Shown here piece by piece: positions 25,688 through 34,441 of a stretch of DNA of 40,932 bases (its first letter is position 1; each line of letters begins with the position of its first letter). Position numbers and translations under genes: made by a program. The stretch is from Clostridia bacterium (GTDB lineage Bacteria > Bacillota > Clostridia > Caldicoprobacterales > UBA3941). Under the pieces are notes generated by a model, which ran no database searches, was not told where the DNA came from, and saw only the letters and a list, made by a program, of their open reading frames with translations. The stretch covers positions 1 to 40,932 of the forward strand of contig DASRNX010000052.1 in assembly GCA_035647175.1 (NCBI GenBank). Reading direction: 5' to 3'.

Positions 25688-27703
25688 CTATTCCTGCCAA
25701 CGTCCTCCAAGGTGCTCTGCCAGAAACTTTTCAGCTGCAGTGTAGAATGTATTTCTGTCATCCGGTGACGAAAAGCCATGCCCCGCATTGGGAAACAGTA
25801 GATACCTTACATCCAAACCGTGTTCTTCCATAGCCCTAACAATCTGATCGGACTCCGATTGTTTTACCCTGGGGTCATTGCCGCCTTGGGCAATAAGAAC
25901 CGGTATCTTTATTTGATCAACCTTAAAAAGAGGTGATCTGGATTCTAGAAATTCCTTTTCGGTTTTTAAATTCCCCACCCTCCTATAATAATTATCTAGG
26001 ATAGGCGTCCAATAAGGGGGTATGGATCCTAAAAGTGTAACTAAGTTACTGGGGCCGAAGAGATCGACAGCGCAAGCAAATACATCAGGTGTAAAGGATG
26101 CGCCGACAAGGGCAGCATATCCCCCATAAGAACCCCCGTATATGCCTATCCTTTTTGGATCGGCATACCCTTTATCTATGGCCCAGTTGACCCCGTCGAT
26201 TAAATCGTCATGCATCCTGGCTCCCCATTCCTTGTTACCCGCATTTAAGAAGTCCTTACCATACCCCGAAGACCCCCTAAAGTTTACCTGTAAGACTACA
26301 TAACCGCGATTTGCCATCCATTGGATCTCCGGATCAAATCCCCATATATCCCTGGACCAGGGGCCGCCATGAACGTTGAGTATCAAGGGCAGATCCTCCC
26401 TTTCTGATCCAAGAGGGAAAGTTATATACCCGTGGATAGTAAGCCCATCCCTGGATTTATAGGATATCGGTTCAGTCTTAGCCAAGGTATAGTCATTTAG
26501 ATCCGGTAATTCATCGAATAGGTGGTTGCCTTCATCCTTTTCGCTATCATATATATAGTAGGATAGTGGCTCATCATCACTGGTAAAGGCCAGCAACCAA
26601 ACCCTATCATCCTCGCTGCCGCTTACAAAGGAGACATCCCCATCGTTTAACTTGGAGATAGTTTCGAATGCTTTTTCGGTATCGGCGTTAAAAAACACCC
26701 ATTCCTTTCTCTGCTTTATAAAGGAAGCCCCTTGGATCTCATAGGTTTCGTCGTCGATTAATACCTCATTTACGTCGTAGTCGGGATCTTCTATTAGTAC
26801 CGTATTTTCACCGGTTTCAATGTCGACCCTTATTAACCTCCCCGCATTGGATTCTCTTGAATCCAGGATCAATACGCTACCGCCATCTTTTGTAAAGCCT
26901 AAGGGTGCGCTATTATTGGATGATTCATAATCCCAAGAAATAAGGGTTCTCCAGCTATTGTCTCTGTTATCCCGCACCAAAATGTCTGATCCCCCATCGG
27001 GATTTGATGCTAAAGCACCCCTGACATCACCTTTGTCATCTGTCATCCAGCCTTGTATGTTCCCGGGGTTTCTCTCTAGCAATTCTATTGAGCCACTGCT
27101 TATCCCTACCCTATAGACATGGTGGTTAGCGGGGTCATCCTTATTAAGGGCGATCAATACTTCATCGGGTCGCTTGCTGCTTGCTTCTATGACCATAGCC
27201 TGTATATCATCATAGGGTGTTAAATCCTTTATCTTACCCGTCTCAATATTGGATGCGTATAGGTGGTAGTTTTCATCCCCCAAGGAATCTTGCAGGATTA
27301 AAATATGCTTGTTGTCACCTGCCCAAAAGAACCTATAATTTCCGGGGGTACTGGGCTGTTGGACTACTATGTCCCTGCGATCCTGTTCCAGATCTCTTAC
27401 TAATATTGTATCGTATCCATCTTCATACAGGCGGTATGCAAGCCTAGTACCGTCAGGAGATATGCTGGGCGAGGTCCTCACGGGATCTGCAAAGAGAACC
27501 TCCCTGGGTATCAGGTCTGCTTCTCCTTGATCAGCCTCGCCCTTTTGATCCGTTTTATAATCTTCTATTTTTTCTGCGTGGTTACCGGAGTCTATTTCAT
27601 CGACTCTAACGGGTAATATGCCATTTTCACCGACGCAGGACGACATTACCAAAGTCAAAACAACCAGAATTAATGCTATGGATCGCAGCCTAAAAAATTT
27701 CAT
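25688..27703 (-). CDS. S9-family serine peptidase (prolyl oligopeptidase / dipeptidyl-peptidase type), probable lipoprotein
   Basis: Signal peptide with LVMSSC. A beta-propeller-like N-terminal half. The triad motifs are GGSYGGY (Ser), GGNDPRV (Asp) and NAGHGF (His). GAGAGGAGA precedes the ATG, and the gap after the upstream gene is only 39 nt. Confidence 0.85.
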   Translation of the reverse strand: MKFFRLRSIALILVVLTLVMSSCVGENGILPVRVDEIDSGNHAEKIEDYKTDQKGEADQGEADLIPREVLFADPVRTSPSISPDGTRLAYRLYEDGYDTILVRDLEQDRRDIVVQQPSTPGNYRFFWAGDNKHILILQDSLGDENYHLYASNIETGKIKDLTPYDDIQAMVIEASSKRPDEVLIALNKDDPANHHVYRVGISSGSIELLERNPGNIQGWMTDDKGDVRGALASNPDGGSDILVRDNRDNSWRTLISWDYESSNNSAPLGFTKDGGSVLILDSRESNAGRLIRVDIETGENTVLIEDPDYDVNEVLIDDETYEIQGASFIKQRKEWVFFNADTEKAFETISKLNDGDVSFVSGSEDDRVWLLAFTSDDEPLSYYIYDSEKDEGNHLFDELPDLNDYTLAKTEPISYKSRDGLTIHGYITFPLGSEREDLPLILNVHGGPWSRDIWGFDPEIQWMANRGYVVLQVNFRGSSGYGKDFLNAGNKEWGARMHDDLIDGVNWAIDKGYADPKRIGIYGGSYGGYAALVGASFTPDVFACAVDLFGPSNLVTLLGSIPPYWTPILDNYYRRVGNLKTEKEFLESRSPLFKVDQIKIPVLIAQGGNDPRVKQSESDQIVRAMEEHGLDVRYLLFPNAGHGFSSPDDRNTFYTAAEKFLAEHLGGRWQE

Positions 27704-27742
27704 GGGGCGTCTCCTCTCGGATCTATATTGCTTAAATCATTG

Positions 27743-30544
27743 CTACAACCTCTTTCGCTTATCCCCCTTACGAGCCTTTAGCAGCTGGGTTGTAAAGCCC
27801 GGGGCCTCATCTTCAGGGTCCTTCGACGTTCCCTCATGGACGTTTTTACCAGCCGTTTTTGGGGATCTTCTCTCCTTTTCTATCCCCGGCTCAGTAGCCC
27901 TTTGACCTCTTGCCTTTTGATTTTCTCCCCTGACTATCCTTCCCCCATGACCCTGGTCTTTTGCTGCCTTATCCCCCGCGAGTTTAAAATGTTTTCCTAT
28001 TAGATCCGCTATATTAAGCCTTCTCATGGCTATATCTAAAACAAATAAAAGTAAGGCTATGGGGAGCAGCCATGGCCAGATCCCCGTTTGGGTCCATACC
28101 GGCTCTGGGTCCTCCCTGAAAATCTCTTCCGGATTATCTATTATCCTTCCCCCAGTCTGTGCGACGATCTCCTTTAAAAAATCTATGGAACCGGACTGCC
28201 TGAGATCATATTCGGGGGAATAGTTAACCGCCAAACCCGCCTCTAAAGTATTTACTATTTTACCGCCTTTACTATGCCGGGTATTCACTATATATACCCC
28301 GGGCATTGTTATACCAAAATTACCCTCGTACTTTCCCGGCCGGGTTACTTCAAGGGGCACTATGGTTTCCTTACCTTTTGGACCAATAATTATAGCCTCC
28401 CCATCCAAGTCTTCTTTCATATTGTGATCCAGCTTCACCGATATTTGTCCCTGATTACCATGCAACGATGTCTCTATGAACCCTTGGGAATCATCACCAA
28501 AGGGTAGAATCCTGGATATCACTCCCAGCCAGAATTCCTCCGTTTGATCCCAACTGAGCCAATTCTTTGTCCATGCCCCCCGGATATCGCTGGTCCAGGC
28601 TACCACCCTTCCAAGCCCATATTGCCACTCGGCCAATATAGGGTCCATGGTATCGCTTGATAGAGCCATGGTGGCTGTATTCTTTGAAAGCGTAGTGATA
28701 TATCCGTCAAGGGGCGGAAAACCCTCTTTAAAGCCGCTTATAATCGGGGAATGTTCGGTTATAGTAGGGAAAAATGTACGATTTTGTATATAGCTCTGGC
28801 TGGCCATACGGGTTTCCTTGGTAAATATCTTGGGGATATCGGCGAATTCGTCAGTAAAATAATACCGCCCACCCCCGCTTTTCGCCAATTCTTCCAATAG
28901 GAATTGATCCGCATCCTGGCCTACGGCCACGGCAGAAAGGGTTATCCCCTCTTTTTTCATTTTATCCAACATCCCGTCATAATCTCCGGGCATGGATTGG
29001 CCGTCGGTCATCAATATAACATGCTTTAGCTTTGTATTGAGTCCTCTTAAGGATTCGTAAGCCAGGGATAACCCGGGATATATATTGGTCCCGCCCATAG
29101 CGGGTATGGAGAGAATTTTCTCATGGATCCCATCCAGATCCTCGGGGTGCTGAGTATTTACTACCCAAAGCGCCTCGCTATCGAAGGCTACCACTCCTAC
29201 ATAGTCCATGGTTCTTAGGCTTTCTGTAGATCTTATAGCCGCTTCCTTTGCCATATCCATCTTGGAAATACCGTATTGCCCGTCGGCCATACTCCCGGAT
29301 TTATCTATAACCAACACCAGCCCAAGATCCGGGACCTCGGCCTTATGGTTCAAATCGAGATCCACCGGCAACATCTCAGCCAGTTGGGTATCCATATATC
29401 CGCCAAGAGCATAGCTGTTATCCCCACCTGTAAATAGGATTCCCCGCCCAAGGCTTTTTGCATAGACGTCAAGGATATTTATTTTTTCCTCGCCAAGATC
29501 ATCGGCGGAAACGTTACATAGTATAGTCCCCTGGAACTTTCTTAACTCCTCCAATTCCTTTGGGAGAGAAGATGGATCATAAATCTTGTAGTTCATCCCC
29601 GCAGATTCTAAAATTCCTGCAAGCTCCCTTCCATCGCCCTCCTGTCCTTCTACCAAGGCCAAAATTGGAATCCCTTGCACCTCAGTGTATGTGACTATCC
29701 TGTTGTTTTGCTTTATACTATCTCGCTTTACATCCAATTCCGCCTCATAGGTCTTAATCCCGCCCTCTAGAGCGGTATCCTTGAAGATAAATCGGTTTTC
29801 ACCCTTTAAGATCTCTATCCCTTGTTCTCCAACCAGGCTGCGGTTTGCATATAGCCTAATATTTCCATCGGTGTTTATCGTACTGTCTATGGTAATAGTT
29901 ATGTCATAGGCCTCGCCTTCGTAGAGCTTCGTCGGTACGTCTAAAGAAGAGATCTGTACTTCAGCGCCGGGTTCCGTATCAAAAAAGACCCCATCTATGC
30001 GGATCCCTTGGTGGGAAAGGCTTTTAGCCCTTTGGATGGCTTCGCCCATGTTTTCGTTGCCGTCGGTCAAAAGCAGCACACGCTTTTGGGTATCATCGGG
30101 CATCAAGGCGCTGGCCATCTGAAGTCCGGAACCTATATCCGTATAATTGGGATCCGGGATGGTTTCAAGTCCATGGAAGATCATATCAAAGCTTAGGGGC
30201 TGCTCTACAAAGGTGTCCTTTCCGAAGGTAATAATCCCCGTTTGATATTTAGCCGGCTTATTCTCCATGGATCTGCGCATAAAATCGGCCATGGATCCCC
30301 TTACTTCCCTCGTGCTGTTCGATAGATCCACCGCAAAGATAAGAGTTGTTTTGTCCGAGTATTTTTTTATACTGAATCCCGCCAAGGATAAAATCAATAA
30401 CAAAACTATTATGAACCTTAACACAAGAGAATATTTTTCCCCCGTCCTTTTTATCCTGCTATTTTTGACGTAGCCCCAAAGAATAAAAACGCATGATGGG
30501 ACAGCCAGCAGCAAGATCCACGGATTTCCAAAGCTAATACCCAC
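27743..30544 (-). CDS. Large membrane protein: BatA-type N-terminal double-TM region, two VWA/MIDAS domains, C-terminal TM and basic tail
   Basis: GNPWILLLAVP at the N-terminus. The MIDAS motifs are AVDLSNST and VIDKSGSM. A late hydrophobic segment WPWLLPIALLLFVLDIAM is followed by a ~95-aa K/R-rich tail. The frame is open to 30568 (TTG). The GTG at 30544 is preferred because GGTGGG lies 9 nt upstream and it places the BatA motif at the N-terminus. Confidence 0.75.
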   Translation of the reverse strand: MGISFGNPWILLLAVPSCVFILWGYVKNSRIKRTGEKYSLVLRFIIVLLLILSLAGFSIKKYSDKTTLIFAVDLSNSTREVRGSMADFMRRSMENKPAKYQTGIITFGKDTFVEQPLSFDMIFHGLETIPDPNYTDIGSGLQMASALMPDDTQKRVLLLTDGNENMGEAIQRAKSLSHQGIRIDGVFFDTEPGAEVQISSLDVPTKLYEGEAYDITITIDSTINTDGNIRLYANRSLVGEQGIEILKGENRFIFKDTALEGGIKTYEAELDVKRDSIKQNNRIVTYTEVQGIPILALVEGQEGDGRELAGILESAGMNYKIYDPSSLPKELEELRKFQGTILCNVSADDLGEEKINILDVYAKSLGRGILFTGGDNSYALGGYMDTQLAEMLPVDLDLNHKAEVPDLGLVLVIDKSGSMADGQYGISKMDMAKEAAIRSTESLRTMDYVGVVAFDSEALWVVNTQHPEDLDGIHEKILSIPAMGGTNIYPGLSLAYESLRGLNTKLKHVILMTDGQSMPGDYDGMLDKMKKEGITLSAVAVGQDADQFLLEELAKSGGGRYYFTDEFADIPKIFTKETRMASQSYIQNRTFFPTITEHSPIISGFKEGFPPLDGYITTLSKNTATMALSSDTMDPILAEWQYGLGRVVAWTSDIRGAWTKNWLSWDQTEEFWLGVISRILPFGDDSQGFIETSLHGNQGQISVKLDHNMKEDLDGEAIIIGPKGKETIVPLEVTRPGKYEGNFGITMPGVYIVNTRHSKGGKIVNTLEAGLAVNYSPEYDLRQSGSIDFLKEIVAQTGGRIIDNPEEIFREDPEPVWTQTGIWPWLLPIALLLFVLDIAMRRLNIADLIGKHFKLAGDKAAKDQGHGGRIVRGENQKARGQRATEPGIEKERRSPKTAGKNVHEGTSKDPEDEAPGFTTQLLKARKGDKRKRL

Positions 30545-32363
30545 GCTGATACACCCACCATTCTGCAAGGATCAAAATCAATACCGCCCAGATAAAATAA
30601 TGCCAAACGCTTTTACCCGTAGAAAGCCTTAATCTGTCATCCGTCTGTATTTTTGTTTCAGTGCTCGGCTGGTCAATGAGCCTTAAATCCGATTCTTTTA
30701 AAGTCGGTATGTGCACAGTAAAATATCCTTCTATATCCTTTTCGTCTATTCTTTGTCTAACCTTGTACACACCCACTTCTTGGGTTTCGCTAAAAGGCGG
30801 GATAGGAAACGGCGGGCCTACATCCATGGTTAATCCGTAGGGGTTCTCTACCGTTACCTTTTGGGCATGGGGAAATGGGTTGATCTCCACCTCGTCCCCC
30901 GCGAATCTTTCGGCATCGTAGTCAACTATCTGGGGGAGCATCCACCCCAATAGATTCTGCATAAGGATTGGAAAATCAGACTTTAGGGGCAGATCACTTT
31001 TATGAATCTCAAAGGGAAAGATTGCAATCCTTTGGTTCTCCAATTGCCCAACCATCATTATAGGGCGCTGCTTTTCATCCTCCAACACCATTTCGGCCCA
31101 GGGGGGCTTTTCTAATATCCTGGCCTCGGCTATGTGAAAATCCTCAGGGGTAATATAGTTTACCAAATCCCTGTAAGAGGTTCTGCTATTTAGCCTGATA
31201 GCCCCCGGATTAAATATATCACCTATATTTAAAATATCACCGGTACCCACCGGGTTAAAGAGTATTACGCTGCCATCTTCAGGTAATTCCGGCGGCGTGT
31301 ACCCATCATAGACATATAGGTCGTATCCGCCAATATCCCGGGCCCCATCAAGGGTGGTCTTATCAAGTTCCAGGTCCCCTCTAAGACCTATGGCCTTCTC
31401 CAGAAATGTATTTCTGGTAGTAACCAGCAAAACCCTATTGACAGAAGGCGGACTTAGTATAGCCCAGGCCCTGTTATCCGCCATAAGATCATCTTCATCC
31501 AAGATATGAATCTCTATCCTCTGGGCTTTTGTGGGTATATTATCCCAATAGATGTTTTTAGTCTCACCCTCAGATAAGCTGACCTCTTTAACATCTATCA
31601 ATCTGCCGTCTGCCAAGCATTCCACTGAAACCATAGAATCGGATCCATAGTTTGTAATGGCGGATAGAATTATAGGCGTATTTGAATCATAGCTGTAGGT
31701 TACGGATTGTACTGCTCTGTTTTGACCGTTATCGTTATAGATTATGGTATTGTAAGGGTTATCCTCATTATCCCCTGCCTTATGATATTGATCGGAATAG
31801 AGATATATGCCAGAATTTGGTTCTTCCTTGGCGAGGGCCCTGACGAACTCAAAGGCTTCCACCATGTTGGCGAATCCGTTGGTCTCTTTGATCTGGCCCA
31901 GTTTTGCCTTAAGGGTAGCCTTATCGGAGACTTGATTTGCGAGAATTCTTGCCCGATCCGATGCCTCAACTAGGGTCATGCGCTGGTGGGGTAACATTCC
32001 GTCTATAAGTTTTTCTATGTCACTTTTGGCCCTTTGAAACCGGCTGGGCTTTATATCTGTGGCCTGCATACTGGCGGATGAATCAAGGATTATGATATAA
32101 TCGTCTTTTTCTTCTCTGCTATATAAAAAGGGCTGGGATATACCCAATGAAAAAAGGACCAAGGCCATAAGCTGAAGAATCAAAAGGATATTTGCCCTGA
32201 GTCTTTGCCATGGCACACTGGCCTGAAGATTTTGCATGGTCCTCTCCCAAAGAAATGTGCTGGATACCATCATCTCTTGGTTCTGCTGCTTTAATAGGTA
32301 TAATATTATTATGCCGGGGATGGATATGAAAAATAAAAATCCCCAAGGATTTAAAAACTTCAC
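30534..32363 (-). CDS. BatA-like membrane protein with one VWA/MIDAS domain
   Basis: MKFLNPWGFLFFISIPGIIILYLLK matches the aerotolerance-regulator N-terminal motif. The MIDAS motif is ILDSSASM. There is a C-terminal TM (FIWAVLILILAEWWVY). The GTG start overlaps the DUF58 stop as GTGA. Confidence 0.8.
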   Translation of the reverse strand: MKFLNPWGFLFFISIPGIIILYLLKQQNQEMMVSSTFLWERTMQNLQASVPWQRLRANILLILQLMALVLFSLGISQPFLYSREEKDDYIIILDSSASMQATDIKPSRFQRAKSDIEKLIDGMLPHQRMTLVEASDRARILANQVSDKATLKAKLGQIKETNGFANMVEAFEFVRALAKEEPNSGIYLYSDQYHKAGDNEDNPYNTIIYNDNGQNRAVQSVTYSYDSNTPIILSAITNYGSDSMVSVECLADGRLIDVKEVSLSEGETKNIYWDNIPTKAQRIEIHILDEDDLMADNRAWAILSPPSVNRVLLVTTRNTFLEKAIGLRGDLELDKTTLDGARDIGGYDLYVYDGYTPPELPEDGSVILFNPVGTGDILNIGDIFNPGAIRLNSRTSYRDLVNYITPEDFHIAEARILEKPPWAEMVLEDEKQRPIMMVGQLENQRIAIFPFEIHKSDLPLKSDFPILMQNLLGWMLPQIVDYDAERFAGDEVEINPFPHAQKVTVENPYGLTMDVGPPFPIPPFSETQEVGVYKVRQRIDEKDIEGYFTVHIPTLKESDLRLIDQPSTETKIQTDDRLRLSTGKSVWHYFIWAVLILILAEWWVYQRGY

Positions 32364-33244
32364 GAACTGATTACCCCCATCTTGACCAAGTTATCAAAAA
32401 CAATGCCCTCTATACCGGTACCGCTGTTGATAGGAACATAGTGCACACCCCTATTATAACAAAATTCTCTGACATCCCGTAAAAAACCGTCAAGTGTATC
32501 CCTATAGGCCCTCATAACCTGCTGCGTAACATTAATATCCCTATAGTTTTGGTCTTCCTTGTCAACTAGCCTTATATTGCCGTCCCATGGCGGGTCTAAT
32601 TCTTCAGGTGAGAGGATATGGATTAAGCTGATCTCCTGCTTTTGATATTGCAGATACTTTATCCCCTCTTCATAACCGTCTTGCGAAAACAGATCCGATA
32701 GGATTATGGTCGTGCCCCCACGGCTGCCTATGGATTGACACATCTTTATAGCAGTATTTAAGGACGTTCTGCCGCCAAAAGGGATCTCCTCAATAAATTT
32801 AAGTGCTTTCCAAAAACCTTGTTTTCCCGTGAAGTATGGGAGCCGGTCTTCTACCTTGTCATTGATACACAATAAGCCCACCCGATCCAAGGTATTAAGG
32901 CCCAGATAACAAAATATTCCCGCCAGCTGCTTGGCCAAAAACCCCTTGTTTGGATCCCCAAAGTCCATTGATCCGCTACAGTCTAAGATGATAGTGATCT
33001 GAGATTGCTGTTCTTCCATAAAGAGCTTGATAAAAAGCCGTTCGAATCTGGCATAGGCATTCCAGTCAATCCTTCTAAAATCATCGCCGGGAGTATACTC
33101 CTTAAAATCAGAAAACTCTACGGAGTCTCCCTTGAGGTTGGATTTTCTTTGCCCGCCTGTACTGCCCTTAACCGCCATTTTACTTGCCAAGGACAATCTA
33201 TTGAGTTTGTTTAAAAAGTCTTGATCAAAGGGGGTTTTCTTCAT
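32360..33244 (-). CDS. DUF58-family protein (degenerate VWA)
   Basis: The hallmark FKEYTPGDDFRRIDWNAYAR followed by ILDCSGSM. No TM segment is present. Confidence 0.85.
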   Translation of the reverse strand: MKKTPFDQDFLNKLNRLSLASKMAVKGSTGGQRKSNLKGDSVEFSDFKEYTPGDDFRRIDWNAYARFERLFIKLFMEEQQSQITIILDCSGSMDFGDPNKGFLAKQLAGIFCYLGLNTLDRVGLLCINDKVEDRLPYFTGKQGFWKALKFIEEIPFGGRTSLNTAIKMCQSIGSRGGTTIILSDLFSQDGYEEGIKYLQYQKQEISLIHILSPEELDPPWDGNIRLVDKEDQNYRDINVTQQVMRAYRDTLDGFLRDVREFCYNRGVHYVPINSGTGIEGIVFDNLVKMGVISS

Positions 33245-33261
33245 TTTTGTTCATCCCCTTT

Positions 33262-34245
33262 CTATTCGCCAAGTTCCCCGATAATTTCCTCCAGTACATT
33301 ATCCGGATTTCTACCCTCTGCTATGCCTTCAAAATTTAAGATTATCCTATGCCTCAAGGCAGGATACGCCACATACCTAATGTCATCAAAGGATACATTA
33401 TACCTACCCTCCATTAGGGCTCTTATTCGGGCTGCGCTTATAATGGCCTGAGCACCCCTAGGGCTTGAACCATAGCGCACATATTTTTGTGCGGCGGTCG
33501 ATGCGTTTTCGCCCTCGGGTTGGGTAGCTAACACCAGCCTCAGGGCATAGTTTTGTACCCCTTTTGCTATAGGGACCTGTTGGGCTATGCTTCTAAGCTG
33601 TAATATAGTCTCATCTTGGGCTACCTTATCCGCCTTTTTCTCTTCACCCATGGTGGTGAGATTTACTATACCGTCTAATTCATCTAGTGAAGGAAACTTG
33701 ACCATCAGCTTAAAGAAAAACCTGTCCAGCTGGGCTTCCGGGAGGGGATAGGTGCCCTCTTGCTCTAATGGGTTTTGGGTAGCCAACACAAAATACGGTT
33801 GTGGAAGTTTTCTGGTATCCCGGCCTACCGTTACCGTATGCTCCTGCATGGCCTCCAATAATGCGCTCTGGGTCTTGGGGGTAGCACGGTTTATCTCATC
33901 GGCCAATACGATATTTCCAAATATGGGACCCGGCTGAAATTCAAATCTACTGTTACCGTCTCTATCCCTGGCTATAATATTGGTTCCCACCACATCAGCG
34001 GGCATCAAATCCGGCGTAAATTGTATCCGGCTAAATTCCAAGTCCAATACGTTACCTATAGTTCTGACGAGACGGGTTTTACCAAGGCCGGGCACTCCTT
34101 CGAGGAGGGCATTTCCGCCCGCTATTATGGTCATAAGGGTTTGCCTAATAATCTCTTTTTGGCCTATCATCTCCCGGCCGATTTCCTTCTCTATCGCCTC
34201 AACCTGCCGGGCAAAGGACTTTATTGTATCCTGAGTTATTTCCAT
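33262..34245 (-). CDS. MoxR-family AAA+ ATPase
   Basis: Walker A GVPGLGKT, Walker B plus sensor IVLADEINRATPKTQSALLEAMQE, and the typical 327-aa MoxR (AAA_3) layout. Confidence 0.9.
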   Translation of the reverse strand: MEITQDTIKSFARQVEAIEKEIGREMIGQKEIIRQTLMTIIAGGNALLEGVPGLGKTRLVRTIGNVLDLEFSRIQFTPDLMPADVVGTNIIARDRDGNSRFEFQPGPIFGNIVLADEINRATPKTQSALLEAMQEHTVTVGRDTRKLPQPYFVLATQNPLEQEGTYPLPEAQLDRFFFKLMVKFPSLDELDGIVNLTTMGEEKKADKVAQDETILQLRSIAQQVPIAKGVQNYALRLVLATQPEGENASTAAQKYVRYGSSPRGAQAIISAARIRALMEGRYNVSFDDIRYVAYPALRHRIILNFEGIAEGRNPDNVLEEIIGELGE

Positions 34246-34261
34246 TGTATTCTCCCCCCAA

Positions 34262-34289
34262 ATTATGTTTACGAAGACCCTGATATCAA
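34262..34289 (-). promoter_or_regulatory. Candidate internal promoter immediately upstream of moxR
   Basis: On the minus strand: TTGATA (34289-34284), 16 nt, CATAAT (34267-34262), then GGGGGGAGA and the ATG. Confidence 0.4.
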
Positions 34290-34381
34290 TCTATTGCGCT
34301 AGTTCTTTACCAAGATAATGAGCTATTGAAAAGCGGATGACTTCATTGATTGGGCTTAGAAAACTTGGCTTATGGAATGCA

Positions 34382-34432
34382 GAAAAGCCGTAGCTTAAGG
34401 CAGGACGCCGGATTGGAAGCGATAGGCTTTTC
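34382..34432 (-). terminator. Long imperfect stem-loop 10 nt after the stop of the 561-aa gene (intra-cluster terminator/attenuator or processing site)
   Basis: The outer 8-bp stem is GAAAAGCC/GGCTTTTC, with inner GCTT/AAGC and GGC/GCC pairs. The minus-strand 3' arm runs into CUUUUCUGCAUU. Confidence 0.4.
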
Positions 34433-34441
34433 AAGCGGATA

